Positions 1-9,697 of a stretch of 64,000 nucleotides of DNA are shown here, one piece after another (within the stretch, counting starts at the first letter, position 1; each line of letters begins with the position of its first letter). The stretch covers positions 8,242 through 72,241 of the forward strand of contig CALVIH010000002.1 of the NCBI GenBank assembly GCA_944329445.1, read 5' to 3'. The notes beneath the pieces were generated by a model. It was given only the letters and a program-made list of their open reading frames with translations, searched no databases and had not been told where the DNA came from. This DNA comes from an uncultured Bacilli bacterium. GTDB lineage: Bacteria > Bacillota_I > Bacilli_A > RF39 > UBA660. The position numbers and the translations under genes were made by a program.

Positions 1-916
1 TTAAGTCCGCTAACTTTCCTTCAAAAAATAGTCTTATCTTTTTTTCAAAATCATCGATTGTCTTTGCTTTATAGACCGTTTTACCATCAATTAGCCATCC
101 ATCAAAAATAGGAATATCACGTACTATTGCGCTACACTTACATGCTAAAGCTTCTATTATTGGAATTCCTTCCGTTTCTTCTAACGTTGGAAATAAAAAT
201 AAGTCTCCTCCACTCATGGCGGCTTTTATCATTTTTGGCTCAACGTATCCCGCAAAGGTAAGATTATCTAATTTCGTTTTAACGGCCTTTTTTACTGATT
301 TTGTTGCAACCGCAAGTGGGCTATAACCAAACCATATGAATTTATACTCAGGGAGCCTTTTTGCAAGGTTAACAAAGTCTACGATACCCTTTCTTTCGAT
401 GTAAAGCCCTATACCAAAAATAACCTTATCTTCTTTTGTATAACCATATTTTTTTCTAAATTCATCCCCAAGTTTTTTATCACGCTTAAAAAAATCCAAG
501 TCAACGCCGTTTGAGACATCATAGATTTTTTTATTTTCTAATCCTTTATACCCTTCCAGTAACCTTTTCGAGTACAAAGTGGGAGTTACTATAACATCAC
601 CTAAACTATAACATTTTATTAGCCATTTTTTAAATAGTTTTGAGGTTTGTTTAGCAAGAATAAAACCATTTTTATAATCTTCTTCCGTAGAATGAGCATG
701 ATAAACTATTTTTTTACCATTTTTTTTAGCTTTTTTAGCTAGCAAGTACGATTTGGGAAAATACGTATTTATATGAAGAATATCATAATCATCCTTTGGG
801 TCCTTAGTGTAATCAATTTTCTCGTCATCCAAAGCTTTCATTTGATGTTTTATTGCTTTACCAAGCCCAGACTTTCCAACCATCCGTTCGTTTTCAGTAT
901 ATAAAAGTACCTTCAT
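1..916 (-). CDS. Glycosyltransferase family 4 (GT-B), partial; the C-terminus runs off the window start
   Basis: ATG at 916..914, reverse-strand translation begins MKVLLYTENERMVGKSGLGKA. GT4-like C-terminal EX7E-type region; ORF still open at position 1. Confidence 0.55.
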   Translation of the reverse strand, partial: MKVLLYTENERMVGKSGLGKAIKHQMKALDDEKIDYTKDPKDDYDILHINTYFPKSYLLAKKAKKNGKKIVYHAHSTEEDYKNGFILAKQTSKLFKKWLIKCYSLGDVIVTPTLYSKRLLEGYKGLENKKIYDVSNGVDLDFFKRDKKLGDEFRKKYGYTKEDKVIFGIGLYIERKGIVDFVNLAKRLPEYKFIWFGYSPLAVATKSVKKAVKTKLDNLTFAGYVEPKMIKAAMSGGDLFLFPTLEETEGIPIIEALACKCSAIVRDIPIFDGWLIDGKTVYKAKTIDDFEKKIRLFFEGKLADL

Positions 917-952
917 TTTATCCTACTTCCTTATGTATTTTAAAAGAAAACT

Positions 953-1531
953 TTAGTTTTCTTTCGTCATGTAAAAGTTAATCGTTCTTTCAAGCGGATC
1001 AACTGGAGGGTCTTCTTTCTTTTCATCTTCTTCGTACTCAAAACCAGTTAAACCATCATTTCTTTTAATTAATTTATTATATTCATCTTTTAACGAAGAA
1101 ATGTCATTTTGGCTTTTAGAAACGAAATTAATTGCATCTTCAATTTTCCTTATGTTACTTTTCTTTTCCTTTTTATTAGAAGAAAAAATACCAACCTTAA
1201 TACTATTCTTTTTAATTATCAAATCACTTATAATTGCGTCTATATCCGTGATTGTTTTATCAATATCCTCTATCTTATCTGATAAATTAATGGTATCTTT
1301 TCCTTCAGATAAAACCACCAAATGTTTAGTTATGTCTTTAATGGTTCTAGATAATTTATTCATTAACGTATTTATGTCTTTCTCAATTACAATTTTTAAG
1401 GCTTTATTAAAACCTTCTGAAGTTTTAAATTCTTTTTCTTCGTTTATCTTGTTTTCGCTATCAACCTTTAAATCTTCTATTTTACTGCCATCTATACTAT
1501 AAAATCTTATTTTTGGTTCTTCGTTATTCAT
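953..1531 (-). CDS. Hypothetical coiled-coil protein, K/E/D-rich
   Basis: 192-aa ORF from the track; no recognisable motifs. Confidence 0.35.
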   Translation of the reverse strand: MNNEEPKIRFYSIDGSKIEDLKVDSENKINEEKEFKTSEGFNKALKIVIEKDINTLMNKLSRTIKDITKHLVVLSEGKDTINLSDKIEDIDKTITDIDAIISDLIIKKNSIKVGIFSSNKKEKKSNIRKIEDAINFVSKSQNDISSLKDEYNKLIKRNDGLTGFEYEEDEKKEDPPVDPLERTINFYMTKEN

Positions 1532-1604
1532 GGATTTCCCTCCTTGCTATTATATAAACTAATTATATCACAAAAAAAATTAATGTACACACTTACATTA
1601 ATTT

Positions 1605-2105
1605 TTACTTGTTTTTATAATGTTTATCATCGTAGTCAAAATACGACTTTAAAGCACCATATTCATTCCACTTTGAAAAATAATCTAAGCAGGTTTCAGA
1701 ATTAAGATCAAAACTTCTTAGTTCTTCTTTTAATGAATCTTTTATTTTTCTTAATGACCTATCACCCATCATACCAATTAATTCTCCAACTAATCTAGCT
1801 TCCATTAATTTTAGGGCGCCATTTATATCAAATTTATCATAAACTGTTGTAATTGTTTTTTGGTTGCTTTCTGGATGATCAATTTCCTTTGATGTTGGTA
1901 AATGCTTTTTTAAGAAATAATAAGCGTCCTTTATCATTAAAGTTTTATTATTACTGGACCTTTGCTTATAGCTTTCATCTAACTCAGCTTCTGTAAAATT
2001 AGTATCCGATAATCCCATAACATCCATGGCAATCTTTAAATAATTAAGACTTGACACCGTGGTCTTCATACACGTTTCATCCCCTTTTTCAAATAAAACG
2101 TGCAT
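1605..2105 (-). CDS. Hypothetical protein
   Basis: 166-aa ORF, tightly spaced within the glycosyltransferase locus. Confidence 0.35.
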   Translation of the reverse strand: MHVLFEKGDETCMKTTVSSLNYLKIAMDVMGLSDTNFTEAELDESYKQRSSNNKTLMIKDAYYFLKKHLPTSKEIDHPESNQKTITTVYDKFDINGALKLMEARLVGELIGMMGDRSLRKIKDSLKEELRSFDLNSETCLDYFSKWNEYGALKSYFDYDDKHYKNK

Positions 2106-2144
2106 ATGTTATCATAACTGTAAAAATTTGTCAAATTAAGGCAC

Positions 2145-3242
2145 TTAGTTTTTCTTTTTATCTTTTTTCTTGAGATGTGATCTTTTAACAAATTTAATGT
2201 GTTTTAAATTTAACTTCGCGTTGTCTGTTAATATGTCCGTTGTTAAAACTACCCAAGTAATTAGAAGCATTAAAATAACATATATTATCGTTCCTATCTT
2301 TCTGTCTTTTAATACGTAAAAAATAGATGCTAATGAAAATAAAATACTTACTGCGTATATTATTAAAACCGTTGTTCTTTGAGAGAATTTTTTGTTTAAA
2401 AGCTGATGATGTAAATGCTGTTTATCAGCCTCGTAGATAGGTTTATGATGAATTATTCTTCTTAGTATAGCAAATAAGGTATCCAAAATTGGAATGGCTA
2501 AAATAATCATCGGTACAACAAGTGAAGTTAAAGTTACTCCCTTAAATCCCAACAAACAAACTACGGCAATCATAAATCCCAAAAACATCGAACCTATTTC
2601 GCCCATAAATATTTTTGAAGGGTTAAAATTAAATATTAAAAATCCTAAACAAGCACCAATCATTATAAACGCAATCGTTATTTCCAAACTTCCGATATTA
2701 TGTAAAATAAATGCTAACACACCAATTGTTGCAAAAAAGATAGTTGAAATTCCAGCTGCTAGACCATCCAAACCATCTATAAAATTTATACAGTTCATTA
2801 AAGCAACTATAAAAATTATTGTTAACGGATAAGCAAGCCAGCCAAAATCAAAGTAAAAACCAAACGCAGATATATCATTTAGCAAGATTTTACCATAAAA
2901 AACTATTATACAAGCCGCGACTAGTTGTCCAACAAGTTTTTCTCTTGCTCGAAGCGGTTTTATTACGTCTAAAATACCCGTTATTATAACGATAAAGCTA
3001 GCTATTAAAATAGCAAGCATCTGAGTGTTTTGAGGAGCAAAAAGCATGTATCCAAAAAGAAAACCTAAATATATCATAAGGCCACCCATAACAGGCATTG
3101 GTTTTTTATGGACCTTTCTTTCATTAGGATAGTCTAACGCTCCCACGTGATAACAAATCCACTTTACTATCGGAAACAAAGCGGCAGTAAAAACCATTAC
3201 TAATATAACTATTTTAAGTACTTCTATTATTTTATCCTGCAT
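2145..3242 (-). CDS. Polyprenyl-phosphate N-acetylhexosamine-1-phosphate transferase (MraY/WecA/TagO family)
   Basis: Polytopic membrane protein with NCINFIDGLDGLAAG and DVIKPLRAREK motifs typical of WecA/TagO. Confidence 0.75.
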   Translation of the reverse strand: MQDKIIEVLKIVILVMVFTAALFPIVKWICYHVGALDYPNERKVHKKPMPVMGGLMIYLGFLFGYMLFAPQNTQMLAILIASFIVIITGILDVIKPLRAREKLVGQLVAACIIVFYGKILLNDISAFGFYFDFGWLAYPLTIIFIVALMNCINFIDGLDGLAAGISTIFFATIGVLAFILHNIGSLEITIAFIMIGACLGFLIFNFNPSKIFMGEIGSMFLGFMIAVVCLLGFKGVTLTSLVVPMIILAIPILDTLFAILRRIIHHKPIYEADKQHLHHQLLNKKFSQRTTVLIIYAVSILFSLASIFYVLKDRKIGTIIYVILMLLITWVVLTTDILTDNAKLNLKHIKFVKRSHLKKKDKKKN

Positions 3243-3316
3243 TTTAAATCACCACTATTTTAATTTTAACACAAAAATTAAAAACGTCCAAATATTTTGG
3301 ACGTTCATAAATTATT

Positions 3317-4216
3317 CTACTTGTTACCAAAACCAATCTTTTTCTTTATGATATAGCAAGGTCTTCCTAATATGTTACTATATATTCTAGATATATATAA
3401 CGCTATTATACCAATTGCTAAAAACATAATTGACATAAGAAATATTATTGTTCTGTCACTTAAGTTTCCCATTAATATAAAGTTTAATAAACCTACCATA
3501 AAAACAATAACACTAACTATAAATACCATTTTAACTGGTTTAGTAGAAAAAGATATAATTCCTCCTAACGAATATTTAAGAAGTTTTACAAGTGACCATT
3601 TTGAAGTACCATGCATTCTTTTTTCCGGAGAATAAGGAACGTATATCGTATTAAAACCAACCCAAGAAAAGATACCCTTTAAAAACCTTGTTTTCTCTGG
3701 TAAAGATATAATTGCATCCTTAACACTAGCTTTAAACACCCTAAAATCGCTTGCCCCTGGTAGTAACTTAACATCTGATATTAAATTATTAAAACGATAA
3801 AATAAAGATGTTAACGTTCTCTTAAGTGAACTTTCGTCTTTCCTACTTGATTTATAAGCACATACAACATCATAATCGGGTTCACTTATTAATTTATTAT
3901 ACATTTCAACTAGTGTCTCTGGTCTATGTTGTAAATCAGCATCCATTATGGCTACGTAAGAACCACTTGCACATTCAAGTCCTGCTAACATAGCTGATTC
4001 TTTCCCAAAGTTTCTAGAAAAACTAATAACCTTAGAATTCTTATCTTCTTTAGCAATTTCTTCCAATTTTTTCTCGGTTTCATCATAACTACCATCATCA
4101 ACGAAAATAAGTTCATAAGTTAATTTTTCTTTTTTTAATACCCTTGTCACCTCTTCATGAAACTCTTTTACCGAATCAAATTCGTTATAACAAGGAACAA
4201 CAACAGATAGCGTCAT
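3317..4216 (-). CDS. GT2 polyprenyl-phosphate glycosyltransferase (CsbB/GtrB/DPM1-like) with C-terminal TM helices
   Basis: VVVPCYNE ... FVDDGSYDET ... MDADLQH GT-A signature; two C-terminal hydrophobic helices. Confidence 0.7.
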   Translation of the reverse strand: MTLSVVVPCYNEFDSVKEFHEEVTRVLKKEKLTYELIFVDDGSYDETEKKLEEIAKEDKNSKVISFSRNFGKESAMLAGLECASGSYVAIMDADLQHRPETLVEMYNKLISEPDYDVVCAYKSSRKDESSLKRTLTSLFYRFNNLISDVKLLPGASDFRVFKASVKDAIISLPEKTRFLKGIFSWVGFNTIYVPYSPEKRMHGTSKWSLVKLLKYSLGGIISFSTKPVKMVFIVSVIVFMVGLLNFILMGNLSDRTIIFLMSIMFLAIGIIALYISRIYSNILGRPCYIIKKKIGFGNK

Positions 4217-4218
4217 TT

Positions 4219-5352
4219 TTAAACCTTCTTTCTTTTATTAATTAATTTACTCCATTTAAGAGAAATTACTTCTCCACTAAAATCTTTTGATCTTGCTCTT
4301 GCTTCCTTACCCATTTTTTTTCTTAGCTTTTCATCCTCTATTAATAAATCGATTTTCTTTTCCATCTCTTCGTCGTTTCTATCACTTATTAAATAACCAT
4401 TTTTACCATCTTCTATTATTTCGTTCGCTCCCTGAGCGGAAGTATACGCTAAACAAGGAATACCATGGCTCATAGCCTCAATTAATACAAGACCAAAACT
4501 TTCGGTATGAGATGTCATTACGTACACGGAACTATTTAATAGTTGTTCATTTATGTAATCCTTGTTTTGATATCCATGAAAAATAACCTTGTCACGTAAT
4601 TTTAACTCCTCGGCAAGTTCTAACAGGTTATTTCTTTCCATTCCATCACCAATGATATTTAATTTCCAATCAGGATGTTTTGAACTTACTTTCTTAAATA
4701 ATCTTAATAAATCATCAAATCCCTTTTCCTTTGACAACCTACCAACCGAAATTAAATTTTTAGAATCCAACTTAGATAACTTACTTGGCATTTTATCCAA
4801 GCAATTTGGAATATAAAACACTTTGCTACCCAAGTAATCTTTATAAAACTCTGCTAGTTCCTTTGATACGGGTACGAAATAATCCATTCCCGAGCAAGAG
4901 GAAACAAGTGATTTTATATATTTTTTATTATTGTTATGATGATTATGCTCCCAAGCTATTTTTTTTATGTTTGAAGGAGCAAATTTAGATACTAAAAAGT
5001 TATGAACCGTACGCGTTGAAATAATTACGTCCGTATCTAATTTTCTTAAATAACAAGCAGTTTTAACGTATTTAACGTAACCTGTTTTTGCACTATCTCC
5101 CAAGCCCTTAAAGAATTTGCTAAAATTCTTCTTTTTTAAGTAATATAACATTTCCTTTTTATTTGGTTTAACATTAGATATATACTTTACTTTTACTTTA
5201 TCGTTTAAATCGAATACTGGCTCGTTATACAAACGATAAACCGATAAAATTTCTACATCATATTTTTCACACAACAAATTAGCAAGCGTTGCGATTGCAT
5301 TTTCTATTCCGCCGTACCCTAAATGAAGTGCTAATATCGTTATTTTTTTCAT
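4219..5352 (-). CDS. Glycosyltransferase family 4
   Basis: C-terminal ESFGLVLIEAMSHGIPCLAYTS..GANEIIEDGKNGYL GT4 motif. Confidence 0.7.
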   Translation of the reverse strand: MKKITILALHLGYGGIENAIATLANLLCEKYDVEILSVYRLYNEPVFDLNDKVKVKYISNVKPNKKEMLYYLKKKNFSKFFKGLGDSAKTGYVKYVKTACYLRKLDTDVIISTRTVHNFLVSKFAPSNIKKIAWEHNHHNNNKKYIKSLVSSCSGMDYFVPVSKELAEFYKDYLGSKVFYIPNCLDKMPSKLSKLDSKNLISVGRLSKEKGFDDLLRLFKKVSSKHPDWKLNIIGDGMERNNLLELAEELKLRDKVIFHGYQNKDYINEQLLNSSVYVMTSHTESFGLVLIEAMSHGIPCLAYTSAQGANEIIEDGKNGYLISDRNDEEMEKKIDLLIEDEKLRKKMGKEARARSKDFSGEVISLKWSKLINKRKKV

Positions 5353-5441
5353 ATTATCACCAACTTAATTATACTAAAAGCAAAATAAATCGTCAAAATA
5401 TAGGTTATTTTATGTTAAAAAAGCGTAAAGAAAAAGACAAG

Positions 5442-5933
5442 TTAAAATCTGTCTATGTATTCTTTTACCTTGTTTTTAAAACGTTCGGTATTAGATTCGT
5501 ATCGTACTGGTTTAAATGTTTTTATATCATCTAATGTCTTAGATAAGTTTTTAACATCATAAAGAGGTAGCACATATCCTTTAAGCGCAAATTCTTTTGT
5601 TATTTCAAGTTGATGATCATTAGTATGCTCACCATACTTTTTTAACCTTGGTACAACGATTACTTTTTTATCTTTACTTAAACACTCAGTTATCGTTCCA
5701 ACTCCAGCGTGAGTTATTATTATTCTTGCTTTATCAATTAATGATTCTATTTCATCTTTAGAAGTAAAATCAAACGTCTTTATTTTATCATCAGAAAACT
5801 TTGTACAACCTACTTGTGCAATTACTTTATCTTTAATACTACCTTTTTTCTTTTCTTTTGCAACCGCTTTTAATATTCTTTCAAAAGGTTTATCTTGCGT
5901 TCCCAATAATACTAATATCATTAAAATATCCAC
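5442..5933 (-). CDS. Alg13-like / Glyco_tran_28_C glycosyltransferase catalytic subunit (EpsF/Cps14G-like)
   Basis: MILVLLGTQDKPFERIL ... ITHAGVGTITECL ... resembles MurG C-terminal/Alg13; overlaps the upstream partner gene. Confidence 0.6.
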   Translation of the reverse strand: MDILMILVLLGTQDKPFERILKAVAKEKKKGSIKDKVIAQVGCTKFSDDKIKTFDFTSKDEIESLIDKARIIITHAGVGTITECLSKDKKVIVVPRLKKYGEHTNDHQLEITKEFALKGYVLPLYDVKNLSKTLDDIKTFKPVRYESNTERFKNKVKEYIDRF

Positions 5934-6391
5934 CCTTCACACACCGCTTTTGGGTATAGTTTTAACATCGAATGCCATTGTACTATAAAAACATCTGCGA
6001 TTGGATATACCAACCTACCGGTTAAGGTTTTAGTTTCGATGTTTGCAAACGATTCTATGTATATTACTTTTCGTCTAAATAATTTTGCTATGTAACACAT
6101 TGGAACACACGTATGCGCTCCCGTTGTAACAATTACGTCAGGTTTAAATTTTAAAAATAATATCAAACTTTTAATTACGTTAATCGGAATAATAAATAGA
6201 TACCTTAACATATGATCCTTATTTCCTGTTAAAAGGTAATCAATTTTACTTTTATATCTTGCCTTTAAACCAATCGTTGATTTATGTTTTTCAGTTACTA
6301 TCTTATAATCATAATCTTTAAAAATACCTTTAAGTTGCATAAGTTCCGTTAGGTGTCCACCCATACTTGATATAAACATTACTTTCTTCAT
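5921..6391 (-). CDS. Alg14-like glycosyltransferase accessory subunit (Cps14F-like)
   Basis: MKKVMFISSMGGHLTE N-terminus; 13-nt overlap with the Alg13-like gene, the typical Alg14/Alg13 pairing. Confidence 0.55.
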   Translation of the reverse strand: MKKVMFISSMGGHLTELMQLKGIFKDYDYKIVTEKHKSTIGLKARYKSKIDYLLTGNKDHMLRYLFIIPINVIKSLILFLKFKPDVIVTTGAHTCVPMCYIAKLFRRKVIYIESFANIETKTLTGRLVYPIADVFIVQWHSMLKLYPKAVCEGWIF

Positions 6392-6852
6392 AAATATCTC
6401 CTAAAAAGATTATATCACGTATAAAACTGGTTGTACACATCATTTAAAAATATACTAGTTCATATTCTCTTTCTATTACGTTATCATTTGTTACGTACTT
6501 TAAAATATATTTATTATCATTTTTGCACAAGATAATGCATAACTTAGGTTCTGGTTTAATTTCTTCTTTCTTTATTGGCTTTTTACTTTATTTCATTGTA
6601 ATAATTAAAAATTAAACTATATATTTCGCTATTTTCTAATATTATAATCGCTTCCCATAAAGCAGAAGACTCTCTAAAATCTTTATTAAATCATTCTTGT
6701 AATACTTTTTTATCTTCAACGATGTCTAATGTGAATGAAAGAATTATACATTTGAATTATTCATTAATGAACTATAATTTTTCTATGTTACTTTTCAAAC
6801 AAAAGATTTTATAGTCTTCACTTTTACCTAATCGCTATTAATATCATTTTTA

Positions 6853-7875
6853 TTATATCTGTTTTGATTTTTTTTGCGAATTTTCACCATCATCGAAATA
6901 TGATAATTCGTCATGATTCCATGCTACTCTATCTATTCGTTTTGATATGTCCACATCTATAATACTACCATCGTTCAAAATTGCTTCATTCCAAGTATGT
7001 TGTAAATTACCAGATTTACCTTTTACCAAAAAGCAAGGAACTCTCATATAAAAATTGTTTAGCAATACTTTTAATAGCCTTGCTCTACCTTCGCACACAC
7101 CTTCTCTTCTATTAAAAGTAAATAAAGGATCTTGTGAGTCTTTTCTGTCCCACCTCAACGAGCGATCAGGTTTAAGCGCTGTTTCATCATATGCTATATT
7201 GTCACAACACCACCTGTATGTAAATTCAATTTTTTCACTATTTGTTCCATTTTTTATTTTAACAGGTAAAAATCTATAAAAATTCAATGCTATTTCGCGT
7301 AGTTTAGAAATCCTTTCAGCTGTTCTAAAAGTTAATTTTGTAATTAATAATTCAAAATCTTCATTATTACAATTCAATGCCCAACTTTCAAATGATTCAT
7401 TAGAGAATTCATCTCGTTCTTCAATTGTATTGTTTAACAAAGAAGTTATCTTTACATTATTAGGTAATTTTCCAATATTAAGTGTAATTTTTTCTGAGAA
7501 AGAAAATTTTGATATATCAATAATTACATTTTTATTAACCGGAAAAACACTTAACCTATTAAACAACATATTATAGCCAGCAACATTGTTGGGTTTTGAT
7601 TTTATTTTTAAAACAACAGTAAAACCTTTTGGCAATTGATTTATATAATTTATAATAGAAAATCCATCTTCTGGAAAATAATCATTTGCAGTTATAAACA
7701 AAATATTATCTAGTAACTTATAATAATTCCCACTCTTGTCATACCATTCATTGTCTATTATTTTTACACTATTGTTTTCCAAATTTTTATTTCTGTCTGG
7801 TAATGGAGTTTCTATTCTATGATTTGCAAACTCATAAATTGTTCCTTTACCAATTTCTTTTATTTTACTTATCAT
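6853..7875 (-). CDS. Transglutaminase-like (papain-fold Cys-His-Asp) domain protein, no signal peptide
   Basis: C-terminal REGVCEGRARLLKVLLN ... LQHTWNEAIL ... IIDVD matches the C/H/D core of transglutaminase-like cysteine proteases. The N-terminal 200 aa are novel. Confidence 0.5.
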   Translation of the reverse strand: MISKIKEIGKGTIYEFANHRIETPLPDRNKNLENNSVKIIDNEWYDKSGNYYKLLDNILFITANDYFPEDGFSIINYINQLPKGFTVVLKIKSKPNNVAGYNMLFNRLSVFPVNKNVIIDISKFSFSEKITLNIGKLPNNVKITSLLNNTIEERDEFSNESFESWALNCNNEDFELLITKLTFRTAERISKLREIALNFYRFLPVKIKNGTNSEKIEFTYRWCCDNIAYDETALKPDRSLRWDRKDSQDPLFTFNRREGVCEGRARLLKVLLNNFYMRVPCFLVKGKSGNLQHTWNEAILNDGSIIDVDISKRIDRVAWNHDELSYFDDGENSQKKSKQI

Positions 7876-8130
7876 AATTAATACCTTTCCGATTTGATTC
7901 TTAACTTTACATTTTATTATAAAACAATTTCTTTGATTTTTTCGTTTTATAAATTATTCCGATAAAATATTTCTACATAAGCAGAAAAATCAAATATTTA
8001 ATTTCTAATATATATTGTTGTTTCTTTATAAGTATAATGGAACTAATAATAAATTATGGAAATTTTAATTAAGTCTTTCATTAATTGAAAATATTATATA
8101 TAAAAAATAAGATTAGTCAATATGTTATGA

Positions 8131-9687
8131 CTAATCTTCATCCTCTTCTAAAGATACTCTTCTATACTTAGGTTTACTTTTATTTAATCTTTTTTTAGCA
8201 TCTTCTAGTTCCTTTAACTTTTCTTTTCTAGATTTCTTAGGAACCACGTATTCATCTTCCTCTACCTTTTTAATAGATGGTCTTTCATCAACGTCGTCAA
8301 TATCATAATCATCGTTTTCTTCATCTGACTCATTATTTTTAGAAGTTTTATTATTTAATTTATCTATTTTCTTTTGATATTTCTTAATTTTCTTTTCTTT
8401 GCTTGTAAAAAACTTTTTGAATAGACTTATTAATATAATTAATAGCAAGATTAGCAATGATACTGCTAACGCACAAACCGAGTAAAAGATAATCTTATTT
8501 TTTATATTGCTTAAGTTTTCATAATACCTTTGAAAAGTTCCATCCTCTTTATCATAAACGTAAAAACCTTTATCTCCTGTTTGTAAGTTTTGAGCATATA
8601 CTAAATAAAAGTTTTTATCTTTATCAAAATCAAATTTGTAAGCGGTTACTTTATCATCGCCAATTTTTAAACTAGTTTTTTTAAAGCCTAAAGGAATATC
8701 ATCCGCTTCATCTAGAATAAGTAAATACGTTCCATTACCAGTTGCTTCACTAAATTTAGAGAATTCTTTCGTTTTATTATCATAAATAAATAGTCTAACG
8801 TCTCCTTCTTCATCCTTTAACGCAACTAAGGTAAGATCAGTTGCTTCACTTTTATATGCCGCAACCTCTTGGTCTTCTATCGTTATTTTTGTTTCTGTAA
8901 AACCAACGGGTATATTTTCTACCTGCCCCGCTTTTCTAACAATTGTATAGTTTTTACCACCAACTTTAACTTCTATAGGATCTAATTCTTCAACCGTCAA
9001 GTTTATTACGTAAGTCTTTTTTTCTCCATGCTGCGCGGTAACTACTATTTCAACTTTATTAAGTCCATCCACTACGTCTATTTCTCCTGCTCCAGTGATT
9101 GACGCGGTAGAATCCGCTGCCGTTGCAATTATTTTGGCCTTAGTTGTATCAACGGGAAGGGTTGCGGAGTATTCTAAGGTTGATGCGTTAAACGAAGGTG
9201 TTAGTTCAGCTCCTTCAACTGATAATGATGCCAAGTTATTGTTTCTGCTATAACCTGCTTCTATTTCAGCCCTTGTTTTCATACTAACTGATGCAGAGCC
9301 AGTTGAGGATAAACATTCGTTAGTTGAAGAATAATCTAAAACCGATGCGTTAACTGGTTTAAAGGTTGCCGTACCAGAAGTTAGAGCGGTAAACGTATAA
9401 GAATAACTAGCTGAAGTTTTACTTCCATTACCATAATCAACAACGTGAAGTGTTCCGCTGTTTAACCTTACCTTTGACGAGTCGTAACTTAACGTATACT
9501 CCCAAGATCCTATCGATGCGGAACCAGAAACCGTTACGGTTACTCTAAAACTTTGCCCTACCACCGCAGACGATGGTGCTGATACTCCTATTCTGCAGCT
9601 TGCGGCATCAACGCTTGGTAATTTAAATAAGAATACAAAAAGGAGGATGAACGCTCCTGTTAATATTTTTTTATATAACTTTCTCAT
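8131..9687 (-). CDS. Type-I membrane surface protein with cadherin-like beta-sandwich repeats and a highly charged cytoplasmic tail
   Basis: Signal peptide; LASLSVEGAELTPSFNASTLEYSATLPVDT cadherin-like motif; single TM helix (IFYSVCALAVSLLILLLIILISLF) followed by about 100 aa of K/E/D-rich tail. Confidence 0.5.
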   Translation of the reverse strand: MRKLYKKILTGAFILLFVFLFKLPSVDAASCRIGVSAPSSAVVGQSFRVTVTVSGSASIGSWEYTLSYDSSKVRLNSGTLHVVDYGNGSKTSASYSYTFTALTSGTATFKPVNASVLDYSSTNECLSSTGSASVSMKTRAEIEAGYSRNNNLASLSVEGAELTPSFNASTLEYSATLPVDTTKAKIIATAADSTASITGAGEIDVVDGLNKVEIVVTAQHGEKKTYVINLTVEELDPIEVKVGGKNYTIVRKAGQVENIPVGFTETKITIEDQEVAAYKSEATDLTLVALKDEEGDVRLFIYDNKTKEFSKFSEATGNGTYLLILDEADDIPLGFKKTSLKIGDDKVTAYKFDFDKDKNFYLVYAQNLQTGDKGFYVYDKEDGTFQRYYENLSNIKNKIIFYSVCALAVSLLILLLIILISLFKKFFTSKEKKIKKYQKKIDKLNNKTSKNNESDEENDDYDIDDVDERPSIKKVEEDEYVVPKKSRKEKLKELEDAKKRLNKSKPKYRRVSLEEDED

Positions 9688-9697
9688 TTCATACCTC

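Noticed and set aside
1101-1502. Plus-strand ORFs antisense to strong minus-strand genes (1101-1502, 2494-2832, 3372-3635, 4287-4475, 4589-4988, 12300-12608, 17643-17897, 20877-21616, 29459-30148, 33514-33765, 37486-37680, 38146-38400, 40207-40500, 42450-42989, 44617-44886, 48518-48918, 49301-49793, 53399-53788, 54151-54357, 57276-57641, 61551-61865 and similar)
   Set aside because: Each lies fully inside a longer ORF on the opposite strand that has clear family motifs. Their translations are low-complexity (L/F/I/S-rich), as expected from reading AT-rich DNA in reverse. I see no RBS or start-context support.
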